Positions 1 to 9,993 of a DNA stretch of 64,000 nucleotides are shown one piece after another. The stretch comes from Chloroflexota bacterium. Lineage in GTDB: Bacteria; Chloroflexota; UBA11872; VXOZ01. Each line of letters opens with the position of its first letter. Position 1 is the first letter of the stretch. A program made the position numbers and the translations under genes. Location of the stretch: positions 224,001 through 288,000 of the forward strand of contig CAXXVD010000003.1 of the NCBI GenBank assembly GCA_963662335.2, in the 5' to 3' direction. A model generated the notes under the pieces. The model ran no database searches, had not been told where the DNA came from, and was given only the letters and a program-made list of their open reading frames with translations.

Positions 1-345
1 GATCCGCCGGGCAAGGTGCATTGCTTCTTCGTTCGCAACGGCCAGATGCTGGGACGGGAAACACTGGGGCCGGCCGCGGAGCCGGTCATCGCGGAAACCG
101 TCCGCGCACACTTTGGGCATTACCTCGCTCTGCCGGATAGCGCGGCCTCGGCGGATACGATTCGCCACTTCGTCCTGCAGTGGGTGTACCAGCACCGCGA
201 CGACCCGGCCGTCATTCCCATCGACCCCGCCTGCGTGCAGGACGCGTTGGCCGCGGCGCACAAACGGCTGAAGCGCCTGGGCGTGGTGGAGCCGGCGAAC
301 GCGGCGCCGCACGCCAGGCAAGAGTCGCTGCCCGAACCCAATTGA
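1..345 (+). CDS. 3' end of a gene running in from the left edge; possibly a UvrC-related/GIY-YIG-exonuclease family C-terminus
   Basis: Frame 1 is open from base 1 to TGA at 343-345. 'VHCFFVRNGQMLGRE' resembles the UvrC middle-region motif (FFVRxG). Only a fragment is visible. Confidence 0.45.
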   Translation, partial: DPPGKVHCFFVRNGQMLGRETLGPAAEPVIAETVRAHFGHYLALPDSAASADTIRHFVLQWVYQHRDDPAVIPIDPACVQDALAAAHKRLKRLGVVEPANAAPHARQESLPEPN

Positions 346-359
346 GGACGAAGAGTGTC

Positions 360-383
360 GTAACGCGGGGGCTTGTCCCCCGC
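360..383. repeat. REP-like palindrome, family A (GTAGCGCGGGGGCTTGTCCCCCGC)
   Basis: Other copies at 21523-21546, 37249-37272, 37294-37317 and 61976-61999, partial at 21388-21403. All are intergenic hairpins with a GTAG-type end. Confidence 0.85.
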
Positions 384-391
384 TTGCGCGC

Positions 392-581
392 TGACAGGGG
401 TAGGCAAATGTCATTCCGAGCGCAGCGAGGAATCTAGATATGCCGATTTTGCAGTGTGGTGCTTTAGATTCCTCACTCCGCTCCGTTCGGAATGACAAGT
501 GTGGTGCTTTAGATTCCTCACTCCGCCCCGCTCCGTTCGGAATGACAGGTGAAGTCAATTGCAGAATACCTACCCCTGTCA
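392..581. repeat. MITE-like composite: 13-bp perfect terminal inverted repeat enclosing family C palindromes
   Basis: TGACAGGGGTAGG (392-404) / CCTACCCCTGTCA (569-581). Inside are TGTCATTCCGAGCGCAGCGAGGAATCT (409-435) and two inverted arms (466-497, 511-547). Confidence 0.7.
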
Positions 582-657
582 ATCCGCTCTCGTGGGTATG
601 ACGGATGTGCGGCTCCCGTTCTTCAATCCCAAGACAACCCACACCACGTTCAGGCGA

Positions 658-1086
658 CTAGCGCCCGCCCTTCCGCGCCCGGGCGGCGGCTTGCAGCGCG
701 GCGCGCTCCGCCGGCGAGACGGTGACGATGAAGAGAATGCCGGTGATGAGCGCCGGCAAGGCGGCCGCACACCAGACGAGCACGTCCGCCACGCTTTGCA
801 AGCGCACCACCAACAGCGATGAGAGCAAGAACCCAGCAATCAGCCAGTACACGCCGCCGGCCACGGGATGGCGCAGCGCCGCGGCGCCGCCGGCAATCCC
901 AATCCCCACCGGAATGAGGTGGACGGCCAGGCTATCCTGCGGCAAGTCGACGATGCCGACCCACGGGCCCACCCCCACGCCGCCCCAGACAAACGTCCAG
1001 AGCAACAGCAACGCCCAGGCCAGGCGGCGGCGCCACCGCGCCTGCGGGGCCGGCGCAGTTTCCGAATTCGCTTCCTCTTTCGGCAT
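658..1086 (-). CDS. hypothetical integral membrane protein (about 4 TM segments)
   Basis: 142-aa ORF with four hydrophobic stretches, divergent from lepA. Confidence 0.7.
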   Translation of the reverse strand: MPKEEANSETAPAPQARWRRRLAWALLLLWTFVWGGVGVGPWVGIVDLPQDSLAVHLIPVGIGIAGGAAALRHPVAGGVYWLIAGFLLSSLLVVRLQSVADVLVWCAAALPALITGILFIVTVSPAERAALQAAARARKGGR

Positions 1087-1248
1087 TCCCGATGGCGCCT
1101 TTCACATAGTGCGCGGCTGCTTGTGGGTGACCCGGCGTGAAGCAGGCGAGCCGCCCGGCACAGGCGCGCGGCCGTCTTCTTCCGCGCACCCGGGGTCGAC
1201 AGGACGTATTGTACCAGCGGCAGCGGCAGCGAGCGCGGCTCCGTCTTT

Positions 1249-1257
1249 TGCTACAAT
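1249..1257 (+). promoter_or_regulatory. putative extended -10 promoter element for lepA (TGcTACAAT)
   Basis: Matches TGn-TAnAAT about 145 nt upstream of the lepA start. Confidence 0.4.
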
Positions 1258-1401
1258 GGACTAGAGCGAGCCGCGCCCAAGAGACGGCCCAAACGGACTC
1301 GCTCCTCATTGCGTGAGCGGCGCGCGGCTGATTCCCGCCGGACCGCCCGCGCCTGAAAGAAAGACCCGTTCCAAGTCAGCGTTGACACGAGCGCCCTCTC
1401 C

Positions 1402-3192
1402 GTGAACCAGCAGCACATCCGCAACTTCTGCATCATTGCGCACATCGACCACGGCAAGTCCACCCTGGCCGACCGGCTCCTGGAGTTGACCGGCGCGTTG
1501 GACGCGCGCACGGCGGTGGAGCAGGCGCTCGACTCCATGGAGCTTGAGCGCGAGCGCGGCATTACGATCAAGGCCAAGGCCGTGCGCATGCTCTATGCGC
1601 CAGCCGGCGGCCAAACCTACGAACTCAACCTGCTCGACACGCCGGGCCACGTGGACTTTGCCTACGAGGTCTCGCGGGCGCTTTCCGCCTGCGAGGGCGC
1701 GCTGCTGGTGGTGGACGCCTCCCAGGGCATTGAGGCGCAGACGCTCACCAACCTCTACCAGGCGCTCAACCACGACCTTACCGTGATTCCGGTGATCAAC
1801 AAGATCGACCTGCCCAGCGCGCAGCCCGACGTGGTGGCGGCGGAGTTGGAGAACCTGGGCTTCGAGCCGGAGGAGATGATCTTTGCCTCCGCCAAGACCG
1901 GCCTGGGCGCGGACGAGGTGTTGGCGGCCATCGTCGAGCGCATCGCGCCGCCGTCCGGCATCGAGGAAACGGCTACGCGGGCGCTGATCTTCGACTCCCA
2001 TTACGATCAACACAAGGGCGTCGTGGCCTACGTGCGCGTGGTGGAGGGCGCGTTGGCGGCGGGCGCGGAGATCCTGCTCATGCAGTCCGGCGCGCGCTCC
2101 GAGGCCATGGAGATCGGCACCTTTCGCCCCCACCTGGTCAAGGAGACGCGCCTGGCTACCGGCGAAGTCGGCTACGTGGCCAGCGGCCTCAAGACGCTGC
2201 GCGAGTGCCAGGTGGGCGATACCATCACGGTCGCGTCCGCCGCGGCAACCGCGCCCCTGCCCGGCTACCAGCCGGCCAAGCCGATGGTCTTTGCCGGGTT
2301 CTATCCGGTGGAGAGCGAGGACTACGCGCCCCTGCGCGACGCGCTGGACAAGCTCAAGCTCAACGACGCGGCCCTGACCTACGTGCCCGAAACCAGCCCG
2401 GCGTTGGGTTTCGGCTTCCGCTGCGGCTGCCTGGGGCTGCTGCATCTGGACGTGGTGCAGCAGCGGCTGGAACGCGAGTACGGCCTGGAAATCCTCACCA
2501 CCCTGCCCAATACCGAGTACCGCGCGGTCACCACCGGCGGCGCGAGCGTGGAGGTGGATACCCCGGCGCAACTGCCGCACCCGTCGGAACTCGACCGCAT
2601 CGAGGAGCCGTGGGTGGAACTCAGCCTCATCACGCCCAGCGGCTACATCGGCGCGATCATGGAACTGTGCGAGAACCGGCGCGGCGCGTTCAAGGAGCTT
2701 GAGTACCTGGACGAACGGCGCGCGATCCTGCGCTATGAGGTGCCCTTTGCCGAAATCCTCACCGACTTCTACGACCAACTGAAGACCCGCACCCAGGGCT
2801 ACGCCAGCATGGACTACACCGTGACCGGCCTGCGGCCCGGCGACCTGGTGAAGCTGGAAATCTTAGTTAACGGCCAGCCGGTGGACGCGCTCTCCAGCAT
2901 CATCCCCCGCGAACGCTCCCAGCAGGTGGGCCGGGCGCTGGTGATGGAACTGCGCAAGCAGATACCGCGCCAGTTGTTCGAGGTGCCCCTGCAAGCCGCC
3001 ATCGGCGGCCGCATCATCAGCCGCGAGACCATTCCCGCCCTGCGCAAGAACGTCCTCGCCAAGTGCTACGGCGGCGACGTGACCCGCAAACGCAAACTGC
3101 TGGAAAAGCAAAAAGAGGGCAAGAAGCGCATGAAACGGGTCGGCCAGGTGGAGATACCGCAAGAGGCGTTCCTGGCGCTGCTGAAGGTGTAG
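1402..3192 (+). CDS. lepA: translation elongation factor 4
   Basis: IRNFCIIAHIDHGKSTLADR, ERERGITIK, DTPGH, NKID and the C-terminal KCYGGDVTRKRKLLEKQKEGKKRMK. Confidence 0.99.
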   Translation: MNQQHIRNFCIIAHIDHGKSTLADRLLELTGALDARTAVEQALDSMELERERGITIKAKAVRMLYAPAGGQTYELNLLDTPGHVDFAYEVSRALSACEGALLVVDASQGIEAQTLTNLYQALNHDLTVIPVINKIDLPSAQPDVVAAELENLGFEPEEMIFASAKTGLGADEVLAAIVERIAPPSGIEETATRALIFDSHYDQHKGVVAYVRVVEGALAAGAEILLMQSGARSEAMEIGTFRPHLVKETRLATGEVGYVASGLKTLRECQVGDTITVASAAATAPLPGYQPAKPMVFAGFYPVESEDYAPLRDALDKLKLNDAALTYVPETSPALGFGFRCGCLGLLHLDVVQQRLEREYGLEILTTLPNTEYRAVTTGGASVEVDTPAQLPHPSELDRIEEPWVELSLITPSGYIGAIMELCENRRGAFKELEYLDERRAILRYEVPFAEILTDFYDQLKTRTQGYASMDYTVTGLRPGDLVKLEILVNGQPVDALSSIIPRERSQQVGRALVMELRKQIPRQLFEVPLQAAIGGRIISRETIPALRKNVLAKCYGGDVTRKRKLLEKQKEGKKRMKRVGQVEIPQEAFLALLKV

Positions 3193-3234
3193 CGCCACGG
3201 GCCTGTGCGCGCGTCTTGCGCCCCGGCCTATTCT

Positions 3235-3261
3235 CGTCATTCCGGCGAAAGCCGGAATCCA
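3235..3261. repeat. palindromic repeat family D (CGTCATTCCGGCGAAAGCCGGAATCCA)
   Basis: Hairpin after the lepA stop. A related inverted copy lies at 16463-16489. Confidence 0.7.
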
Positions 3262-3317
3262 GCGGCCGTAAGCGCGGGAAGAGGCAGAAACGAATTGCAA
3301 AATAGGACCGTTTCGCT

Positions 3318-3344
3318 CCGGTAGCGCAGGTTTGTAACCTGCGC
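3318..3344. repeat. REP-like palindrome, family B (CCGGTAGCGCAGGTTTGYAACCTGCG)
   Basis: Other copies at 21318-21343 and 21453-21478, inverted at 21658-21684. Confidence 0.85.
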
Positions 3345-3381
3345 CGCTGGCGGTTCATGCCAAATCACAAAGGTGAGAAAC

Positions 3382-4068
3382 ATGGCAACGCGCAGAAAGC
3401 AGACAAGAGGCGCCTGCGGCTACTGCGGGCGGGAGTATACGAAGGGCTACATGCTCAAGCATCTGCCTGCCTGCGAGCGGCGGGCCGCAGCCATTGCGGA
3501 GTCCGGCCGGAAGCCGGGCAGAGCGGGCGAAGTCGCTCAGGTGCGGGTGCTCGATCGAAGCGGCGACTTCTGGCTAGACCTGGAAATGCGCGGCTCCGCC
3601 ACCTTGCGGGACCTGGACCGGTATCTGCGCGCCATTTGGTTGGAATGCTGCGGCCACTTGAGCATGTTCTGCAACGGCGGCTGGGCCGAGGAGGATGAAT
3701 ACCCCATGAAGACGCGCATCGACCGCATCCTTCAGCCCGGCGCCGAGATCGTCCACTACTACGACTTCGGCACTACCTCGGAGACGTTCGTGACGGGGGT
3801 AGCCGTCCGCAAGGGCAAGCCGACCACGTCTCATCCCATCGCGCTGTTGGCTCGCAACGATCTGCCTACCGTCACGTGCATGGCGTGTGAGCAACTCGCC
3901 ACGCACTTCTGCATCGAGTGCGTCTATGAGCATGACGCCAGCGGCGTGCTGTGCCGGCAGCACGCGGAGACGCACCCGCACGACGAGTACGGCGAACCCA
4001 TGTTGATCGTCAACTCGCCCAGAATGGGCCTCTGCGGCTACGACGGCCCCGCCGAACCGCCCTATTGA
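3382..4068 (+). CDS. plasmid pRiA4b ORF-3-like protein with flanking Cys/His zinc-binding motifs
   Basis: TLRDLDRYLR..W..CCGHLSMF and YYDFGTT motifs; N-terminal CxxC..H..C and C-terminal CxxC..CxxC. ATG 3382 preferred over GTG 3373. Confidence 0.75.
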   Translation: MATRRKQTRGACGYCGREYTKGYMLKHLPACERRAAAIAESGRKPGRAGEVAQVRVLDRSGDFWLDLEMRGSATLRDLDRYLRAIWLECCGHLSMFCNGGWAEEDEYPMKTRIDRILQPGAEIVHYYDFGTTSETFVTGVAVRKGKPTTSHPIALLARNDLPTVTCMACEQLATHFCIECVYEHDASGVLCRQHAETHPHDEYGEPMLIVNSPRMGLCGYDGPAEPPY

Positions 4069-4103
4069 CCGCCGCTGGGGCTCGGCTTGAAGGCGAGCCA
4101 CCC

Positions 4104-5598
4104 TTAGCACTGAATGCGCGGCAGACGGGCGGGCAGCTTCGGTAGTCTAATCTCAATCCCCTTGACACTTGCGTCGTCTACTATCACGCGAGCGGCCGCG
4201 TTTCTGTTGGTGGTGATACTCGTGCTGCCGTCGTAATAGCCGACGCAGCCACCCCCCCGCATATAGGTCCAGCCTGAATGACCCTGTTGGCGCCCAGATG
4301 TGGAAGACGCCGTCCGGTCCCGTCTTGCCAAAACCGCTGTTGCTCACCTCTCCTTGCCACGCCCACAACCCAATGTCGCTGAGCGGTTTTCTATCAGGGC
4401 CAACCACTCTCCCCTGAATGAAGAGATCAATGTCTCCGGTTTCGTGGCAAGAGGACGCAATCTCTACCTCTCCGAATACTTCCCGGATTAGATTGGCCAA
4501 CGTAGGGTCGTATAGCTGCAATTCGGCCCGGGTGTCTATTGCGTTGTGAATCGGCCCCGGTGGATCGTTCAGTCCGAACCAGGACTGTACCCCTTCCGCC
4601 CAATACTCATCAGGATTCGTGCCGGCGTAAGTCTTAGCCCACAGTCCGGCTCTCAATGCGTCCCGGTAGGCCGTTTCAAGCCGCCTGCGAAAGCCTCTTC
4701 CATTCGGTTGCCGCTCAATACCCAAGTTCAGGATGGCGTGGGCAAATTCATGGACGAAAATGTCCTCATTCGGAAACACGTCCGTGTCGTAACAGAGTAG
4801 GTTCTGCTCGGCAATCACCATCACCGGTCGGTGGTCGGTTGGTCCAACACCGCCGCCTCGCGTCCTATCGTCCCAACTCAATCCAGGAGAAAACTCGGTA
4901 AGGTCGCTGAACTCCGGCAGATCGGTTAGCACCGAAGATTCCGACATCACTGCTAACCGAACTCCCTGGCCGGCGATCGTAGCACGGAGGTCCGCCCGAT
5001 TGGCCAGCATTTCATCGATGATTTCTCGCATTCTGAACAGGGCCGCGTTGGACACGTCCGCGGAGGCGACAATAGGCAGCCCATCGGCATTCAGGTACTT
5101 CCTATAGAAGGGATCCAGACCCAGGGATGCCGGTGGTGGCGGCAAGGGCGTCGGTGCAGCCGTCGGTACCGGCGCTGGTGGGGGTGTAGGCGCCGGCGCG
5201 GGTGTAGCCTCAGGTTCCGGCGTAGCGATTGGCGCCGGCGTGGGGGTCGCAACCGTCCCGCCGGGCGCATAGTCGGCCTCCCATTCGAACCGCTCGGTGT
5301 TCAGCCGCATCACCAGGCCGTTGGGGCCGTTGAGCCACGTGCGGTAGCCGTCGGTAAACGCCGTCCAGTTGTCGGCCTTGCGCCAGGCCATCAGGCCGCC
5401 GGTGGTGCGTTGGTTGCTGTCGCCAATCGCGTTGTAGTGCTCGTTCTCCAAGCAGTCGCCGACGACGTCGTGGCCGATGAGGTCGCGGAGGGTCTTGAAG
5501 CCAAGCCGAAACTCGCAATCGGCTGACGCCGATGCGATGCCGGGCGCGATTAGCGCCAGGAAGAGGCCAAGCAGAAGCGCGCTGAGACGCTTCTTCAT
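4104..5598 (-). CDS. secreted zinc metallopeptidase-like protein (HEFAH) with a conserved N-terminal surface module; apparent frameshift near the 3' end
   Basis: Signal peptide, CEFRLGF...ERFEWEAD module, Pro/Thr linker, HEFAH and EYWAE. The main ORF stops at 4153, but a more natural C-terminus continues in another frame to 4104 across a G7 run (4252-4258). Confidence 0.8.
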
Positions 5599-5658
5599 GG
5601 CAGCCCCTTGAATCGCACGATTGCGTGTGTCTTGCTAAAGCTCAAGGCTAGCGCGCTT

Positions 5659-7851
5659 TCAGCGGTCCTCGCCGGTGGCGTCCATCACGTAGATCTCATA
5701 GTTCCCGTCGCGGTTGGAGACGAACGCAATGCGCCGGCCGTCGGGTGACCAGGCGGGATCGCCATCATACGCGTTGTTGTAGGTGAGACGTTTGAGGCCG
5801 GAGCCGTCGGCGTTCATCACGTAGATCTCACTGTTCCCGTCGCGGTCGGAGGTGAACGCGATGCGCCGGCCGTCGTGGGACCAGGTGGGAAAATCATCCG
5901 TAGCGTTGTGGCGGGTGAGGCGGCGGACGTTAGAGCCGGTATCGGACATTACGTAGATCTCATAGTTCCCGTCGCGATTGGAGACGAACGCAATGCGCCG
6001 GCCGTAAGGGTCCCAGGCGGGTTCGCCGTCCCACGCGTTGTCGTTGGTGAGGCGGCGGAGGTAGCGGCCGTTCCTATCCATCGTGTAGATCTCATTGTTC
6101 CCGTCGCGGTCGGAGACGAACGCGAGCCAGTTGTTGCGGTTCCACGCGGGTTCGCCATCCCAATCGTCGTTGTTGGTGAGGCGGTTGGGGGAGCCGCGGC
6201 CTTGTGTGGAGTCTCCTGTCCGGTAGATCTCAGCATTCCCGTCGCGGTTGGAGACGAACGCGACCTGCTTGTCAGAGATGTTGTCCCAGGAGGGATAGTA
6301 GTCGTCGGCGTCGTTGCTGGTGAGGCGGCGCATCTGGGAGCCGTCGGCTCTCATCTCGAAGATGTTCCAGTTCCCGTCGCGGAGAGATGCGAACACGATG
6401 CTCCGGCCGTGGTTGGACCAGGCGGGGGCCTCATCCTTATTGGGGTTGTTTGTAAGGCGGATGACCGACGCTGGCGTAGCGGTAGGCACGGGCGTGGGTG
6501 CAACCCCAGGTGTGGGCGTAGCGATTGGCGCGGGTATAGCCCTCGGTGTGGGCGTAACCATAGGCGTTGGTCTAGCCGGCTCGCCGGAGGCGTTCATCAC
6601 GTGGATCGCCCAGTTCCTGCCGCGGTCGGAGATGAAGGCGATGCGCCGGCCGTCGGGGGACCAGGCAGGAAACAAATCCACAGCGTCGTTGTGGGTAAGG
6701 CGGGTGAGGCCGGAGCCGTCGGCGTTCATCACGTAGACCTCAAAGTTCCCATCGCGGTTGGAGATGAACGCGATGCGCCGGCCGTCGGGGGACCAGGCGG
6801 GGCCGCCATCCACATAGTCGTCGCGCGTAAGGCGGGTGAGGCCGGAACCGTCGGCGTTCATCGCGTAGATATCGGTTTTCCCGTCGCGGTAGCCTTGGAA
6901 CGCGATGCGCCGGCCGTCGGGGGACCAGGATGGCGCTAGCGCCGCAGCGACGTTGTGGCTAAGGCGGGTGCGGCCGGAGCCGTCGGCGCTCATCACGTAG
7001 ATCTGAATGCTGCTCCTGTTTTGGGGCCCTGTGCCTTCTAACGCGATGCACCGGCCGTCCGGGGACCAGGCGGGGGCGCCATCCTCATAGTCGTTGCGGG
7101 TAAGGCGGGTGAGGCCGGAGCCGTCGGCGTTCATCACGTAGATCTCGGAGCCCCCGTCGCGCTGGGAGACGAAGGCGATGCGCCGGCCGTCGGGGGACCA
7201 GGCGGGGGTCTTATCATCAGCGGCGCTGTGGGTGAGGCGGATGAGGCCGGAGCCGTTGGCGTTCATCACGTAGATATCAGTGTTCCCGTCGCGGTGGCCT
7301 TCGAATGCAATGCGCCGGCCGTCGGGGGACCAGGATAGCGTTCCTGCCGCATTGACGTTGTGGGGGAGGCGGGTGGCCGGCGCCGGCGCGGGTATGCTCG
7401 CAGGATTGCGCGCAGCGGAAGGCGCTGGCGTGCATGCGCCTCCAGGTTGGGGCGCAGCGGTAGGCGCAGGCGCGGGTGTGGCGGCAGGCATCGGCCTTGG
7501 CGTAGCTACCGCCCCGCCGGGCGCATAATCGGCTTCCCACTCGAACCGCTCGGTGTTGAGCCGCATCACCAGGCCGTTGGGGCCGTTTAGCCACGTGCGG
7601 TAACCGTCGGTGAACGCCGTCCAGTTGTCGGCCTTGCGCCAGGCCATCAGGCCGCCGGTTGTGCGTTGGTTGCTATCGCCAATGGCGTTGTAGTGCTCGT
7701 TCTCCAGGCAGTCGCCGACGATGTCGTGGCCAATAAGGTCGCGCAGGGTCTTGAAGCCAAGCCTGAACTCGCAATCCGCGGCCGCGGCCGTGCTTGCCGC
7801 GAGAATTGTCAGAAGAATCCCAAGAATCAGCGCACCGAGATATTTCTGCAT
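5659..7851 (-). CDS. secreted TolB-like protein with 12 PD40 repeats (two 6-bladed propellers) and the same N-terminal module
   Basis: [22 protein letters not shown] repeats in two blocks of six separated by a Pro/Thr linker; signal peptide. Confidence 0.92.
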   Translation of the reverse strand: MQKYLGALILGILLTILAASTAAAADCEFRLGFKTLRDLIGHDIVGDCLENEHYNAIGDSNQRTTGGLMAWRKADNWTAFTDGYRTWLNGPNGLVMRLNTERFEWEADYAPGGAVATPRPMPAATPAPAPTAAPQPGGACTPAPSAARNPASIPAPAPATRLPHNVNAAGTLSWSPDGRRIAFEGHRDGNTDIYVMNANGSGLIRLTHSAADDKTPAWSPDGRRIAFVSQRDGGSEIYVMNADGSGLTRLTRNDYEDGAPAWSPDGRCIALEGTGPQNRSSIQIYVMSADGSGRTRLSHNVAAALAPSWSPDGRRIAFQGYRDGKTDIYAMNADGSGLTRLTRDDYVDGGPAWSPDGRRIAFISNRDGNFEVYVMNADGSGLTRLTHNDAVDLFPAWSPDGRRIAFISDRGRNWAIHVMNASGEPARPTPMVTPTPRAIPAPIATPTPGVAPTPVPTATPASVIRLTNNPNKDEAPAWSNHGRSIVFASLRDGNWNIFEMRADGSQMRRLTSNDADDYYPSWDNISDKQVAFVSNRDGNAEIYRTGDSTQGRGSPNRLTNNDDWDGEPAWNRNNWLAFVSDRDGNNEIYTMDRNGRYLRRLTNDNAWDGEPAWDPYGRRIAFVSNRDGNYEIYVMSDTGSNVRRLTRHNATDDFPTWSHDGRRIAFTSDRDGNSEIYVMNADGSGLKRLTYNNAYDGDPAWSPDGRRIAFVSNRDGNYEIYVMDATGEDR

Positions 7852-8103
7852 GGCGGCCTCGTGCTTACGTTGTAAACCTTCTAATTCAGCATAAGGTTAC
7901 TAGCATATGAAATATCCGTCAAGGCGCTCTTCAGGGTGACGCTTCGCTGCGCTCTATGCGGAATGGCTGGTATGCCAACACACCGAAACGACCAAACCTC
8001 CATCCCCAATCTCGTCTAAGATGAAGGGGACGGATTGAAGCGGTAAGCGTAAGCGGCACAGCGTAGACCGCGCATGACGCGCGGCGCAGAGGAGCGAGAC
8101 CCA

Positions 8104-9930
8104 ATGGCAGATGCACAGACGGCAGCAAGCGCGCAGCAATCCACCGGCGCGGAGTGGGTGCGCTGGGACCTGGCCGACCTCTACGCCGGGCCGGATGATC
8201 CGGCCATCGAGGCGGACTTCAAGGCGGCGTTGGCGCGGGCGGAGGCGTTTCAGGAGGCCTATCGGGGTCGGATTGCGGCGGGGAAGATTACGCCGGACGA
8301 GTTTCTGGCGGCGGTTGAGGAAATCGAGCAGATCTTCATGGACGCGCACAAGGGGGTCATGTACGCGCATCTGGTCTTTTCGGTGGATACGGCGGAGCCG
8401 GCGCACGGGGCCTTGCTCCAGCGCACCGAGGAGCAGGCCACGCAGGTGCAGAACGCGCTGCTCTTCTTCGACGTGGAATGGCGGCAGGCGGACGACGCCT
8501 TTGCCGAGCGCATTCTGGCGCATCCGCCGCTGGCGCGCTACGCCCACTCCCTGCGGCACGAGCGCGCATTCGCGCCCCACACGCTCACGGAGGCCGAGGA
8601 GAAGCTGGACGCCGAGAAGCGGCTGACCGGCATCAGCGCCTTCCAGCGGCTCTTCGACGAGCGCACCGGCCGCCTGCGCCGGACCATGACGCTGGACGGC
8701 GAGCGCAAGGAGATGAACGAGACCGAACTGCTGGCGCTGCTCTACCACGACGACCGCGGCGTGCGGCGGCGCGCGCAGGCGGCCATGACCAAGGCTCTGC
8801 AGGGCGACAGCCACGTGCTGACCTTCATCTTCAACGTGGCGGCGCAGGAAAAGGCGATCGAGGACCGCCTGCGCAGTTTCCCGGACCCCATGTCGTCGCG
8901 CAACCTGGCCAACGAGGTGGACGACGCCACGGCCCACGCCATGCTGGACGCCGTGACCGCGCGCTACGCGATTGTGGCCGACTACTACGCCCTGAAGCGC
9001 CGCATGTTGGGCTACCGCACGCTCTACGACTACGACCGCTACGCGCCGGTCTTTCCGCCGCCGGCCGGCGGGGTGGACTTTGGCGAGGCCAAGGCGCTGG
9101 TGCTGGACGCCTACCACGCCTTTTCGCCCGAGGTGGGGGAACTGGCGGCGGAGTTCTTTGCGGAGAAGTGGATCGACGCCGCCGTGCTGCCCAACAAGCG
9201 CGGCGGGGCCTACTGCCAGCCCTGCCTGCCCAGCCTGCACCCGTACGTCTTCCTCAGCTACACCGGCAACCAGCGCGACGTGATGACCCTGGCCCACGAG
9301 CTTGGCCACGGCGTCCACGCGCGGCTCTCACGCGGGCAGCCGTACCTGGAATTCGACACGTCGCTGGTGGTGGCGGAACTTGCCAGCACGTTTGGCGAGA
9401 TGCTGACCTTCCACGCGCTCATGGAACGCGCCACCGATCCGCGCGTGCGCCTGAGCCTGCTGGCGCAGAAGATCGAGGATTCGTTCGCCACGGTCTTCCG
9501 CCAGGCGGCGATGCACCGCTTCGAGTACGCGCTGCACACCCGCCGCCGCGCAGAGGGCGAACTGACGGCGGAAACCATCGGCGACATCTGGCTGGAACAC
9601 CAGTCGGCGATGTTTGGCGACTCGGTGACGATGACGGAGAACTACCGCCACTGGTGGGCCTACATCCCCCACTTCATCCACGTGCCGTTCTACGTCTACG
9701 CCTACCCCTTTGGCGAACTGCTGGCGCTCTCGCTCTACCGCGCCTACCAACAGGAAGGCAACCGCTTCGTGGCCGAGTACCGCGGCATGTTGGCCGCCGG
9801 CGGCAGCGAGTCCCCGGCCCAACTCATGCAACGCGCCAACATCGATACCGCCAACCCCGATTTCTGGCTCGGCGGCCTGGATATCATCGCGGAGATGGTG
9901 GAAGAGGCGAAGAGCCTGGCAACAGCGTGA
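8104..9930 (+). CDS. pepF: oligoendopeptidase F (M3B family)
   Basis: WDLADLY, KRGGAYC, TLAHELGHGVH, AELASTFGE, FYVYAYPFG. Alternative start at 8074. Confidence 0.95.
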   Translation: MADAQTAASAQQSTGAEWVRWDLADLYAGPDDPAIEADFKAALARAEAFQEAYRGRIAAGKITPDEFLAAVEEIEQIFMDAHKGVMYAHLVFSVDTAEPAHGALLQRTEEQATQVQNALLFFDVEWRQADDAFAERILAHPPLARYAHSLRHERAFAPHTLTEAEEKLDAEKRLTGISAFQRLFDERTGRLRRTMTLDGERKEMNETELLALLYHDDRGVRRRAQAAMTKALQGDSHVLTFIFNVAAQEKAIEDRLRSFPDPMSSRNLANEVDDATAHAMLDAVTARYAIVADYYALKRRMLGYRTLYDYDRYAPVFPPPAGGVDFGEAKALVLDAYHAFSPEVGELAAEFFAEKWIDAAVLPNKRGGAYCQPCLPSLHPYVFLSYTGNQRDVMTLAHELGHGVHARLSRGQPYLEFDTSLVVAELASTFGEMLTFHALMERATDPRVRLSLLAQKIEDSFATVFRQAAMHRFEYALHTRRRAEGELTAETIGDIWLEHQSAMFGDSVTMTENYRHWWAYIPHFIHVPFYVYAYPFGELLALSLYRAYQQEGNRFVAEYRGMLAAGGSESPAQLMQRANIDTANPDFWLGGLDIIAEMVEEAKSLATA

Positions 9931-9993
9931 CGGCAAGACAGAACCATCCGCGCAAGCGTCGCGAGAGGAGGGATTTGACAGACGTTTATGCCG

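Noticed and set aside
1306-2778. Long antisense or alternative-frame ORFs (also 7954-9318, 8478-10106, 17702-19288, 37528-39282, 46500-48134, 56400-58796, 59151-60926)
   Set aside because: Shadow ORFs of well-supported genes in high-GC DNA.
5659-7851. Genuine tolB of a Tol-Pal system
   Set aside because: It lacks the TolB N-terminal domain and has no pal/tolQRA neighbours, so it is a PD40 repeat cargo protein.
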